Below are positions 1 through 7,885 of a DNA stretch of 25,692 nucleotides, one piece after another; the stretch's first letter is position 1; each line of letters begins with the position of its first letter. The position numbers and the translations under genes were made by a program. Source of the DNA: an uncultured Candidatus Saccharibacteria bacterium (GTDB lineage Bacteria; Patescibacteriota; Minisyncoccia; Minisyncoccales; PWPS01); contig CAYRME010000001.1 of assembly GCA_964425505.1 (NCBI GenBank), positions 1 through 25,692 of the forward strand. Direction: 5' to 3'. The notes beneath the pieces are model-generated. The model ran no database searches and was not told the origin of the DNA. It was given only the letters and a program-made list of their open reading frames with translations.

Positions 1-788
1 CTATGACCCATGACTCTCTTCTCTTTTTCACCGATAGCGGAAAGGTGTTCAGTGTGCCCGTCTATCAGGTTCCCGAGGGGGCGAGAGCGGCCAGAGGAAG
101 AGGTCTTATGAATTTCCTCGAGATCTCGTCCGAAGAGAAGGTTCTTACCGTGATTCCCTTGGAAAAAGGAGAAATAAAGGAGGAGAAGAACCTGGTACTA
201 ACTACCGAAAAAGGGATCATAAAGAAAACACCCCTGAAAGAGTTCAGCAATATAAGGAGATCGGGACTTATCGCTATTACCTTAAAGGAGGGAGATGAGG
301 TGTGCAGGGTAAGGAAGACCTCGGGAGAGGATGACGTGACGATCGCCACCGGGAAGGGGCAACTCATTCGATTCAGAGAAAAAGATGTTCGGACCATGGG
401 AAGACAGGCCGGGGGAGTGAAAGGGATCTCCTTAAGAAAAGGAGATAAGGTTGCCGATGTAACTGTTATAGGGAAAGATGATCCCAAAGAGACTCGGTTG
501 CTCCTTATGACGGAGAACGGCTATGGGAAGAAGATACGAGTTAATAACTACAAACCTCAAAAAAGAGGAGGAATGGGAGTTAAGACCGTAAAGAACACGG
601 AAAAAGTGGGAGGTGTTATTTCCCTGAGAACAACAAAGGAAGAAACGGACCTTATTGCCATTTCGAGAAAAGGGAAGGTCATACGAATGAAGCTTAAGAA
701 TATTCCCGAGCAGTCGAGATTAACGCAAGGAGTGAGATTAATGAAGATGGATAAAGGAGACAAGCTCGCTTCGGTCATTTGTATATAA
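1..788 (+). CDS. gyrA: DNA gyrase subunit A, C-terminal beta-pinwheel region (5' partial)
   Basis: Repeated blade motifs (IRRSG, MGRQAGGVKG, QKRGGMGVK, QSRLTQGVRLM) and the HDSLLFFTDSGKVF segment typical of the GyrA/ParC CTD. The frame runs in from the window edge, so the ATG at 3 is internal. Confidence 0.9.
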   Translation, partial: MTHDSLLFFTDSGKVFSVPVYQVPEGARAARGRGLMNFLEISSEEKVLTVIPLEKGEIKEEKNLVLTTEKGIIKKTPLKEFSNIRRSGLIAITLKEGDEVCRVRKTSGEDDVTIATGKGQLIRFREKDVRTMGRQAGGVKGISLRKGDKVADVTVIGKDDPKETRLLLMTENGYGKKIRVNNYKPQKRGGMGVKTVKNTEKVGGVISLRTTKEETDLIAISRKGKVIRMKLKNIPEQSRLTQGVRLMKMDKGDKLASVICI

Positions 789-865
789 GGAGAGGGTGCA
801 AGAACGGATATAAACTTGTTTGATGAAATTTTGGTAGGAACCAAATAAAAGTGCAAAGTTCAACG

Positions 866-1053
866 TAAAAAATCAAAATTCAAAATATTAAATAAATCAA
901 AATGCAAAATGCAAAAGCCAAAATGACAAGTATTTGTAATTTCCAATTTCCAAGTAATAAATTTCCAAACAAATTTTAATTTCCAATTGTTTAATTTCCA
1001 AACAAGTTTGGAGCTTGGAAATTAGAATATTTTGGTCTTTGATCTTTGATTTT
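866..1053 (+). repeat. Dispersed intergenic repeat family A, copy 1, with a 7-mer tract at its left end
   Basis: 900-1043 is the exact reverse complement of 8504-8647; 922-1053 matches 7514-7646 with 3 differences; 978-1047 is identical to 3921-3990. Confidence 0.95.
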
Positions 1054-1117
1054 TATTACGTGGTTTCCTTAATATTAAAAAGCGACTTTGGCATTTGATG
1101 CTTGAGTCCAATGAATC

Positions 1118-1618
1118 ATGGTCGGTTTTTTGAATCCTAAAAGAATAATAATGGAAGAGATTCCGCTAGAGAAGGAGATGAGGATCGCGGATCTCGGTTG
1201 TGGTTCGGGAGGATGGGCAATTCCCCTTGCAAAAAGAAGCAAAGATGCCAAAATATACGCAGTGGATGTACTTGAAGAAGCTCTTTCCGCGCTGAGAGCG
1301 AGAGCGCAACTTGAAAGGGTTCACAATATAAGAACCATAAAGGGGGACCTTGAAAAGGGAGTAGAGCTGAAAAGTGATTTTTTTGACCTTGTCATTATTT
1401 CCAACGTTCTCTTTCAAGTGGAAGACAAGAGTTCCGTAATTCAAGAAGCTCACAGGATCCTTAAGAAAAAAGGGAGTGTATTGATAGTTGATTGGAGTAT
1501 AAAGGGAGATTCGGTACCCAAATTAATAGACAAGAGGGCAAGAGGAAAAGGGTTTCATTCTTTAAAAGATATTGAAGCGGGGGAGGATCATTTTGCCAAA
1601 CTATATGAGAAACAGTAA
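1118..1618 (+). CDS. Class I SAM-dependent methyltransferase
   Basis: Motif I IADLGCGSGG, acidic residue after strand 2 (YAVDV), FFDLVIISNVLFQ and RILKKKGSVLIVDW segments. Confidence 0.88.
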   Translation: MVGFLNPKRIIMEEIPLEKEMRIADLGCGSGGWAIPLAKRSKDAKIYAVDVLEEALSALRARAQLERVHNIRTIKGDLEKGVELKSDFFDLVIISNVLFQVEDKSSVIQEAHRILKKKGSVLIVDWSIKGDSVPKLIDKRARGKGFHSLKDIEAGEDHFAKLYEKQ

Positions 1619-1958
1619 GAGAATATTTTATACCGTTCTTTTGGGGTTCTTGCTTCTTGACCCCTTCTTTGCGCTTGCAAACAATAATGGAAATGGGGCG
1701 ATAACGATAAGAGACCCCTTGGGTGTTGACGGGATTCCCGAATTGATAGGTGCCATTGCAAGCTTTCTTGCCAACGTGGCCATCATTGCCGCTGTTATCA
1801 TATTCATTGTTGCCGGTTTCCAATATTACATGGCGGCCGGGGATCCGGAGAAGGCAAAGAATGCGGCAAATACCATAAAATGGGCCTTGGCGGGGATCGT
1901 GATCATACTTTTGGCACAAGGACTAGCAGATATTGTTATAAGTATATTGGGAGGTTGA
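1605..1958 (+). CDS. TrbC/VirB2-like (T4SS-type) pilin, membrane protein
   Basis: Signal-like N-terminus ending FALA, then two hydrophobic helices flanking AGFQYYMAAGDPEKAKNA. ATG at 1605 preferred over the ORF-track start at 1572. Confidence 0.75.
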   Translation: MRNSKRIFYTVLLGFLLLDPFFALANNNGNGAITIRDPLGVDGIPELIGAIASFLANVAIIAAVIIFIVAGFQYYMAAGDPEKAKNAANTIKWALAGIVIILLAQGLADIVISILGG

Positions 1959-1962
1959 TATT

Positions 1963-2367
1963 ATGTTTCGCTTTTTCTCAAAAAGAGGAAAGATAATAGC
2001 TTTCTTTTTCTGTGTTTTATTCATATCTTTTCCCGGTGTGGCACTTGGGAATAATAATGGTCCTTTTATAGATATAGGAAGCCAAGAGGAGTTCTTTGAG
2101 GTTCTCGGCAATATAGCTGTTTTTCTTTTCTCTCTCTTTTTGATCGCTACGGTACTTTTCTTTCTTTATGCCGCATTTACCTATTTTACATCGGCGGGGG
2201 ACCCGGAAAAGGCGAAGACGGCTCAAAACATGATAAAACACGGGCTCATAGCCGTAGTGATCGCTCTCCTGGCTTGGAGTGTGGTGTCCTTGGTGGCCTC
2301 CTTTCTTGATCCGGAATACTGGGAAGAAGAATATGAGTCCCGGATCGAGGAGTCTTATTTTTCTTGA
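1963..2367 (+). CDS. TrbC/VirB2-like pilin paralog
   Basis: Same architecture with AAFTYFTSAGDPEKAKTA loop; GGAGGT 7 nt upstream of the ATG. Confidence 0.75.
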   Translation: MFRFFSKRGKIIAFFFCVLFISFPGVALGNNNGPFIDIGSQEEFFEVLGNIAVFLFSLFLIATVLFFLYAAFTYFTSAGDPEKAKTAQNMIKHGLIAVVIALLAWSVVSLVASFLDPEYWEEEYESRIEESYFS

Positions 2368-2449
2368 CTATGGAAAAGAAATTTTTTATCCTTCTCGAAA
2401 GAGAACATAAAAATCGAAAAGGTCGTAAAGAAAACAAAATCTTTAAAGA

Positions 2450-2890
2450 ATGAAAAAAATACTCATAGCCATTTTAATGATAGCTGTTTTCGCGGTTCCG
2501 GTAGTAGGGCTTGCGAATGGTTACCTTGAACTTCCGGGTGTTAAAAGAGGTGAGGATGCTCCTGGTGTGATCATAGGAACACCGGGGGAGATTGAGGGTC
2601 TTGCCGGGTGGCTCTTGACCTTTGTATGGGGACTTTTGATCCTGGTAGTGGTAGGGTTCTTCCTGTATGCCGGATTCCTTTTTGTCACCGCTGCGGGAAG
2701 TGATGAAAAGATAACTCAGGCGAAACAGATGGTTACTTACGGAATTGTGGGAGTTATAGTAATGCTCCTTGCCTGGGGTGTAGTGGAACTCATGCAAGCA
2801 TTCTTGGAAGCACCTGACAACGGAGGTGGTAATGTGGTAATGGAGAACACCGAACACGTAAAGAATTATTTAACGGCGCGGTTCTTCTAG
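2450..2890 (+). CDS. TrbC/VirB2-like pilin paralog
   Basis: Signal peptide MKKILIAILMIAVFAVPVVGLA, two TM helices flanking AGFLFVTAAGSDEKITQA. Confidence 0.75.
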   Translation: MKKILIAILMIAVFAVPVVGLANGYLELPGVKRGEDAPGVIIGTPGEIEGLAGWLLTFVWGLLILVVVGFFLYAGFLFVTAAGSDEKITQAKQMVTYGIVGVIVMLLAWGVVELMQAFLEAPDNGGGNVVMENTEHVKNYLTARFF

Positions 2891-2913
2891 TTGAAGAAAA
2901 AAAAGAAAAGCTT

Positions 2914-2944
2914 ACGTCTCGGGGTTTTGCCTCGAGGCGTTTTA
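2914..2944 (+). terminator. Intrinsic terminator after the pilin-like cluster
   Basis: 11-bp stem acgtctcgggg/cctcgaggcgt with two G-U pairs, followed by a short T run. Confidence 0.6.
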
Positions 2945-2962
2945 TTGTAAAATATTGGAAAT

Positions 2963-3048
2963 GCTGCGGTGGCGGAATTGGTAGACGCGCATGGCTTAGG
3001 ACCATGTGGGGCTTTTGCCTCTTGGGAGTTCGAGTCTCCCCCGCAGCA
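2963..3048 (+). tRNA. tRNA-Leu (anticodon TAG), CCA not encoded
   Basis: Acceptor GCTGCGG/CCGCAGC-A, anticodon arm catgg-ctTAGga-ccatg, long variable arm, T-loop TTCGAGT. Confidence 0.96.
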
Positions 3049-3173
3049 CAATTTCTTAAGGGTTTTTACCATGAACCCTACGTGGTTCATGGCGAGTCCC
3101 TCCCCCGCAACAATTCCTTAAGAGTTTTTACCATGAACCCCACGTGGTTCATGGCGAGTCTCCCCCGCAGCAC
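3031..3173 (+). repeat. Two tandem 62-63 bp units, each with a 9-bp hairpin and a copy of the tRNA-Leu 3' end
   Basis: cgagtctcccccgcagca at 3031-3048 and 3156-3173, variant at 3093-3112; hairpins ccatgaacc-N6-ggttcatgg at 3069-3092 and 3132-3155. Confidence 0.93.
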
Positions 3174-3180
3174 CTAAAAT

Positions 3181-3211
3181 AAAAAACCCGCATTTTGCGG
3201 GTTTTTCTTTT
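3181..3211. terminator. Bidirectional intrinsic terminator between tRNA-Leu and hsp20
   Basis: aaaaacccgc-atttt-gcgggttttt, with A and T runs on either side, between convergent genes. Confidence 0.8.
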
Positions 3212-3219
3212 TTGATACT

Positions 3220-3654
3220 TTATACGTCTATCTTTCTTTTCTTTTCTTTTTCTATCTTGGGAGCTTTTACGGTTAGTACACCTTCTTCCATATCGGCCTC
3301 GATTCGAGAGGGGTCTGTTTCCTCCGGCAAGATGACCTCCCTTCGGAATTCTCCGAAATGGCATTCTTGAGTATAGAACTCCTTTATTTCTTGCTTTTCG
3401 GGTCTATTTCTCTTACCTTTGATCGTTACCATATCCTTTTCCGTGGTTATTTCAAGATCATCCTTCCTTACTCCCGCTATGGGAGCTTGGATAACAACAT
3501 GATCCTCCGTTTCGTAAACATCCACGGCAAGCTCTCCTTCTTTTTTCATCCACGATCTTTCCTTCTTCTCTTCCTTGGAAGATTCTTCTTTTTTAGGCTT
3601 CTCATTGTTTAGTTTTTCCGCTTTCCATCTTTTCTCGTTGTCTTTTTTTGTCAT
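3220..3654 (-). CDS. Small heat shock protein, Hsp20/alpha-crystallin family
   Basis: LAVDVYETEDHVVIQAPIAGV, ECHFGEFRREVILP, ADMEEGVLTVKAPK alpha-crystallin motifs. Confidence 0.92.
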   Translation of the reverse strand: MTKKDNEKRWKAEKLNNEKPKKEESSKEEKKERSWMKKEGELAVDVYETEDHVVIQAPIAGVRKDDLEITTEKDMVTIKGKRNRPEKQEIKEFYTQECHFGEFRREVILPEETDPSRIEADMEEGVLTVKAPKIEKEKKRKIDV

Positions 3655-3721
3655 AGAGATTGAATCTAAATGATCATGAGTTCAAAATAGCACTTGCTTT
3701 GAAAAAAGACAAGGCAAATAA

Positions 3722-3836
3722 TAAATCCTCCACCCCACCTCTTAATTTTCAATTCTCAATTCTATCTTCTTCGCTGAAATAAATTTCAGCTACGAAGGTC
3801 AAGGCAATTTTCAATTTCTAAATCCTCCACCCCACC
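3722..3836 (+). repeat. Repeat family B, copy 1: hairpin module between 18-bp direct repeats
   Basis: taaatcctccaccccacc at 3722-3739 and 3819-3836; 3745-3814 matches 10777-10846 at 67/70; hairpin cttcg-ctgaaat-aa-atttcag-cta-cgaag at 3769-3797. Confidence 0.9.
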
Positions 3837-3920
3837 AAGAGAGAAATCTCAAATAACAAATTACAAATAAGTTCCAAGCTCCAATGATCGAAAGCTCAAA
3901 TCCGCCGCCGCCGAATTTTC

Positions 3921-3990
3921 AATTTCCAATTGTTTAATTTCCAAACAAGTTTGGAGCTTGGAAATTAGAATATTTTGGTCTTTGATCTTT
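3921..3990 (+). repeat. Repeat family A, partial copy overlapping the valS 3' end
   Basis: 70/70 identical to 978-1047. Confidence 0.95.
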
Positions 3991-6235
3991 TGGGCCATTT
4001 TTCTATCATTATATACTCTCTTGATTCGGTTGATCTCGGGATAAGAGACCATATCTCTTCTGTTATATAGGGCATGAAAGGATGGAGAAGCTTTAGTTGT
4101 TCCGAGAGTTGCAAGTAAAGATTCTGAAGGGCGGACAATCGCTCTTCATCGTTTCCGTTATAAATACTATCCTTACTCTCTTCTATGATAACGTCCGCAA
4201 AAGTGTGCCAGAAATACTGATACAACTTCTCGGCCGCCAGATAAAATCGAAAGTTTTCCATTTGTTCGGTGACATCTCTTATATGCTCCTCAAGCTTCTC
4301 TTTATCCCTTTTGTCTTTTTCAAGAAGAGTTATTTCGTTATCGGATATTCTTCTCATTTCTTCTTCGTCATCGGGCATCGTAGAAAGAACGAAGCGTGTG
4401 GCGTTCCATATCTTGTTCGCAAAATGTTTTTGCGCTTTTACCTTTTCTTCGGATATCTTGACGTCGTTCCCCGGAGCGGAACCTATGATAAGGGACATTC
4501 TTAGGGCGTCAGTCCCATATTCCTTTGAGACCTCCATGGGATCCAAGATATTGCCCAGAGATTTACTCATTTTTTGCCCCTTCTCATCGCGAACTATTCC
4601 GTGGAGATAAACATAACGAAAAGGAATTTCTCCCATGAGTGAAGTGGTCATGAGGATCATTCTTGCCACCCAAAAGAAGAGTATGTCGTGCCCCGTCTCA
4701 AGGACGGTAGTGGGATGGTAGCTATCAAGATCCTCGGACCCTTGAGGCCATCCCAGGGTGGAAAAGGTCCAAAGCCCGGAAGAGAACCATGTGTCCAGAG
4801 TATCGGTGTCTCTTTCCATTTCACAATCTTCGCAGAAAGGACATTTTTTAGGCTCCTTGGTGCCGACCGTAAAGTTGGCGTCCTTTTTTTCTTTGTCTTC
4901 CTTTTTACAATAATAGGCGGGAATGCGATGGCCGAACCATATCTGTCTGCTTATGCACCAATCGCGAAGGTTCTCTATCCAGTGGAAATAAGTCTTCTCA
5001 AATCTTTCGGGAAGAATGGAGATATGGTCCTCTCTCACGGAAAGGTCCATTAGTTTCTTGAGAGTTGTCTTTTCTCCTTTTTCCACGAAAGAAAGGGAGG
5101 AATGAGGGAATTCGAATTCTTTGTTCACATCAATGAACCACTGCATCTTGGGGAGAGGTTCTATTATTCCGTCCGTTCGTTCCGCTTTGGCGATGTTCTG
5201 CTCCACAAGCTCTTCTTTTACAAGAAGCTCATTCTTTCTCAATTCTTCTACTATTTTTTCTCGAGCTTCTTTTGTTCTCATTCCTTGAAATTGAGAGTTT
5301 TCTATATCGATCCTCCCTTTTTCATTGATGACTTGTTTCATCTCCAGGCCATGCTTTTGCGCTATCTCCCAGTCCGTAAAACTGTGTGCGGGAGTGACCC
5401 CTACCGCCCCCGTTCCGAATTCGGGGTCGATGTTCTCGTCTCCCACCACGCTTATAAAAAGCTCTTCACCGAGGAAATTTACTTGAAAATCCTTTCCTAT
5501 GTATTCTTTGTACCTCTCATCTTCGGGATTTACCGCTACTGCTGTGTCGCCAAGCTTTGTTTCCGGCCTGGTTGTGGCAACGGGTATGGGAAAGTTCTTA
5601 TCGTAATAGAAGGTATAAAGATCTCCTTTGGTCTCTTCGTAATTCACCTCGTCATCGGACACGGTGGTCTGTCCTTCGGGATCGAAGTTCACGATCCTGA
5701 TGCCTCGGTAGATAAGACCGAGCTCATAAAGTTCTTGGAATGCCGTTTCCACCGCCTCATTCCTTTTTTCGTCAAGAGTGTATGCCTCTCTTTTCCAATC
5801 CACGGAAGCCCCCATTTTCTTTACCTGTTCCACGATAGTTTCGTGACTATTTCTTGCGAAGTCGTTGACTCTTTTTAAAAATTCTTCTTTTCCAAGGTCA
5901 TGACGGGTCTTATCCTCCTCTTTTTTAAGAAGAGATTCCACTTTGGATTGGGTGGCAATAGCGGCGTGATCCGTTCCCGGGACCCAAAGAGTTCTCAAGC
6001 CTTTCATTCGATGGAAACGAACCATTATGTCTTCCGTGGTTACTGCCAGGGCGTGTCCCATATGGAGGATTCCCGTGACATTGGGGGGAGGAAGAACAAT
6101 AGAGAAATGGGGAGCATCTTTGGACGTCACTCCTTTTTCTATGCAGGTCTCGGGACTGAAAAGGTCCTCCTTTTTCCATTTCTCATAGATCTTATCTTCG
6201 GTTTCTTTGTGGTCGTAGTTCTTTGGTATCTTCAT
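3965..6235 (-). CDS. valS: Valyl-tRNA synthetase, short form (756 aa) lacking the C-terminal coiled-coil arm
   Basis: PPPNVTGILHMGHA (HIGH), GTDHAAIATQ, editing domain TTRPET, DWCISRQIWFGHRIP, KMSKS motif. Confidence 0.97.
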   Translation of the reverse strand: MKIPKNYDHKETEDKIYEKWKKEDLFSPETCIEKGVTSKDAPHFSIVLPPPNVTGILHMGHALAVTTEDIMVRFHRMKGLRTLWVPGTDHAAIATQSKVESLLKKEEDKTRHDLGKEEFLKRVNDFARNSHETIVEQVKKMGASVDWKREAYTLDEKRNEAVETAFQELYELGLIYRGIRIVNFDPEGQTTVSDDEVNYEETKGDLYTFYYDKNFPIPVATTRPETKLGDTAVAVNPEDERYKEYIGKDFQVNFLGEELFISVVGDENIDPEFGTGAVGVTPAHSFTDWEIAQKHGLEMKQVINEKGRIDIENSQFQGMRTKEAREKIVEELRKNELLVKEELVEQNIAKAERTDGIIEPLPKMQWFIDVNKEFEFPHSSLSFVEKGEKTTLKKLMDLSVREDHISILPERFEKTYFHWIENLRDWCISRQIWFGHRIPAYYCKKEDKEKKDANFTVGTKEPKKCPFCEDCEMERDTDTLDTWFSSGLWTFSTLGWPQGSEDLDSYHPTTVLETGHDILFFWVARMILMTTSLMGEIPFRYVYLHGIVRDEKGQKMSKSLGNILDPMEVSKEYGTDALRMSLIIGSAPGNDVKISEEKVKAQKHFANKIWNATRFVLSTMPDDEEEMRRISDNEITLLEKDKRDKEKLEEHIRDVTEQMENFRFYLAAEKLYQYFWHTFADVIIEESKDSIYNGNDEERLSALQNLYLQLSEQLKLLHPFMPYITEEIWSLIPRSTESREYIMIEKWPKRSKTKIF

Positions 6236-6270
6236 CGTTCCTTGATTTTTAAGTAAAGAATTAATGGAAA

Positions 6271-7413
6271 TTACATTCTATCATACATCTTTAAATTCGC
6301 ATCCGGTCCTAAGTTCTCGGGTGCGACCTCCTCTTTTTCCGCCGTGGCCGCAATTCCTATTATTTCGGCATTATCGGTGGAAAGTTCCGGAGAGGGTAAT
6401 ATCACCTCGGTTCCCGGAAACTCTTTTTCGAGATTCTTAGCTTTTTCTTGAAGGGTTTGGTTGGCGGTCACTCCTCCTCCCATGATAAGGGTTTTTGTGC
6501 CATGGTCCTTCATTGCTTTTTTTGACTTGGAGATAAGTACATCCGTTATCGCTTCCTCTATTTCCTTTGCCATTTCGCCCACATATTCTTCACTCTTTTT
6601 TGTTTTTTCATCTTGAGAAAGAACATCATAGAGTACCGCCGTTTTGAGACCCGAAAAGCTGAAGTCGTAATCATTACTATTTATCATCGGCCTGGGAAGG
6701 TTAATTTCGAATTTTGAGTTTTGAATTTCGAATTCAGCTGCTTTAGTGGCTATGGCGGGTCCTCCGGGGTAACCAAGTCCCAGGATCCTTGCGGTCTTGT
6801 CAAAACACTCTCCCGCGGCGTCATCTCTTGTCCCTCCCAGGAGTTCGAATGATCCGGGAGAATGCATAAGAATGAGCTCCGTATGGCCCCCGCTTACGAT
6901 AAGGGTTATGGCAGGGAATTTCATTTCTTTCTTATCTTTTAAAAAGAAAAGGACGTGCGCCTTTATGTGATTTACGGGGATAATGGGAACTTCAAGGTAG
7001 AGCGAGAGAGCTTTTGCGAAGTTGATACCCGCAAACAAACAGGGCTCAAGTCCGGGACCCTTTGTTACCGCTATTTTATCGATTTCCTTTTTTATTTGGT
7101 ATTTCTTGAAGAATGCTCTTGTTTGTTCAAGCAAGGTTTTTTCTCTCGTAAATATCTCTTCAAGGCCTTCCGGTTCAGAAACCCCTCCCTCCTCTAGCAG
7201 GTCGGCTTTCTCCAGCGCTTTAATGAGCGTGGGAACGAGATTCCTTTGATGAGCTCTCTTGGCCTCAAAAGGGTAAACACCTCCCCATTTTTTATGAATT
7301 CCATCTTGAGAGGAAAGGGCGCTTCCTCGTACTTTTATTTCCCCATTTTCTCTCTTTTCCGTGATGGCTACTCCTGTATCATCACAAGATGTCTCGATAC
7401 TTAGAATCAACAT
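6271..7413 (-). CDS. tsaD: tRNA N6-adenosine threonylcarbamoyltransferase TsaD
   Basis: IETSCDDT, GPGL, NHIKAH metal motif, VSGGHTEL, TRDDAAGECFDKTARILGLGYPGGP, FSFSGLKTA, STDNA. Confidence 0.96.
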   Translation of the reverse strand: MLILSIETSCDDTGVAITEKRENGEIKVRGSALSSQDGIHKKWGGVYPFEAKRAHQRNLVPTLIKALEKADLLEEGGVSEPEGLEEIFTREKTLLEQTRAFFKKYQIKKEIDKIAVTKGPGLEPCLFAGINFAKALSLYLEVPIIPVNHIKAHVLFFLKDKKEMKFPAITLIVSGGHTELILMHSPGSFELLGGTRDDAAGECFDKTARILGLGYPGGPAIATKAAEFEIQNSKFEINLPRPMINSNDYDFSFSGLKTAVLYDVLSQDEKTKKSEEYVGEMAKEIEEAITDVLISKSKKAMKDHGTKTLIMGGGVTANQTLQEKAKNLEKEFPGTEVILPSPELSTDNAEIIGIAATAEKEEVAPENLGPDANLKMYDRM

Positions 7414-7422
7414 AATCTAAAA

Positions 7423-7646
7423 TTGAAAAATCAAAAATCAAAATATTAAATAAGTCAAAATGCAAAGTTACTTAATCGCGAAGCGATTACAGTGAGCGAA
7501 GCGAACGGTTTGTAATGACAAGTATTTGTAATTTCCAATTTCCAAGTAATAAATTTCCAAACAAATTTTAATTTCCAATTGTTTAATTTCCAAAACAAGT
7601 TTGGAGTTTGGAAATTAGAATATTTTGGTCTTTGATTTTTGATTTT
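7423..7646 (+). repeat. Repeat family A copy (7514-7646) with a left 7-mer tract and inserted module D (7468-7518)
   Basis: Matches 922-1053 with one extra A and two C-to-T changes; left tract resembles 866-910; the 7468-7518 segment has an inverted relative at 20119-20169. Confidence 0.93.
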
Positions 7647-7660
7647 ATATTTTATATCTC

Positions 7661-7689
7661 TTGCATCTTTTTATGGCTTATATTATAAT
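7661..7689 (+). promoter_or_regulatory. Sigma70-type promoter for tRNA-Glu
   Basis: TTGCAT-17 nt-TATAAT about 50 nt upstream of the tRNA. Confidence 0.6.
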
Positions 7690-7740
7690 ACTTCTCCAGT
7701 TAAAAATAAAATTCGAATACCGAAATTCGAATTTTTAAAT

Positions 7741-7815
7741 GGCCCCGTCGTCTAGTCTGGCCTAGGACGCCGGGTTTTCATCCCGGTAACAGGGGTTCAA
7801 ATCCCCTCGGGGTCA
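7741..7815 (+). tRNA. tRNA-Glu (anticodon TTC), CCA not encoded
   Basis: Acceptor GGCCCCG/CGGGGTC-A, anticodon arm ccggg-ttTTCat-cccgg, T arm agggg-ttcaaat-cccct. Confidence 0.95.
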
Positions 7816-7822
7816 CAAATGC

Positions 7823-7855
7823 AAAGAACGGCCTCTTCTGGCCGTTCTTTTGTTT
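7823..7855. terminator. Bidirectional intrinsic terminator
   Basis: Perfect 11-bp stem aaagaacggcc-tcttct-ggccgttcttt plus T run, between convergent tRNA units. Confidence 0.8.
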
Positions 7856-7885
7856 GAAGTATAAGGGAGTCCTGCTCTCCTAAAG

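Noticed and set aside
2370-2453. 27-aa ORF bridging two pilin-like genes (ATGA overlap)
   Set aside because: Short, no recognisable features, and it runs through the AAAGGTCGT leader of the next gene; likely chance.
3031-3173. CRISPR array
   Set aside because: Only two units, the spacers are near-identical to each other, the repeat is a tRNA 3' end, and no cas genes are in the window.
3660-3694. CIRCE/HrcA operator upstream of hsp20
   Set aside because: Only a half site (TAGCACT at 3688-3694) is present with no partner at 9-nt spacing; the nearby TTGAA...TTCAA palindrome is too weak to call.
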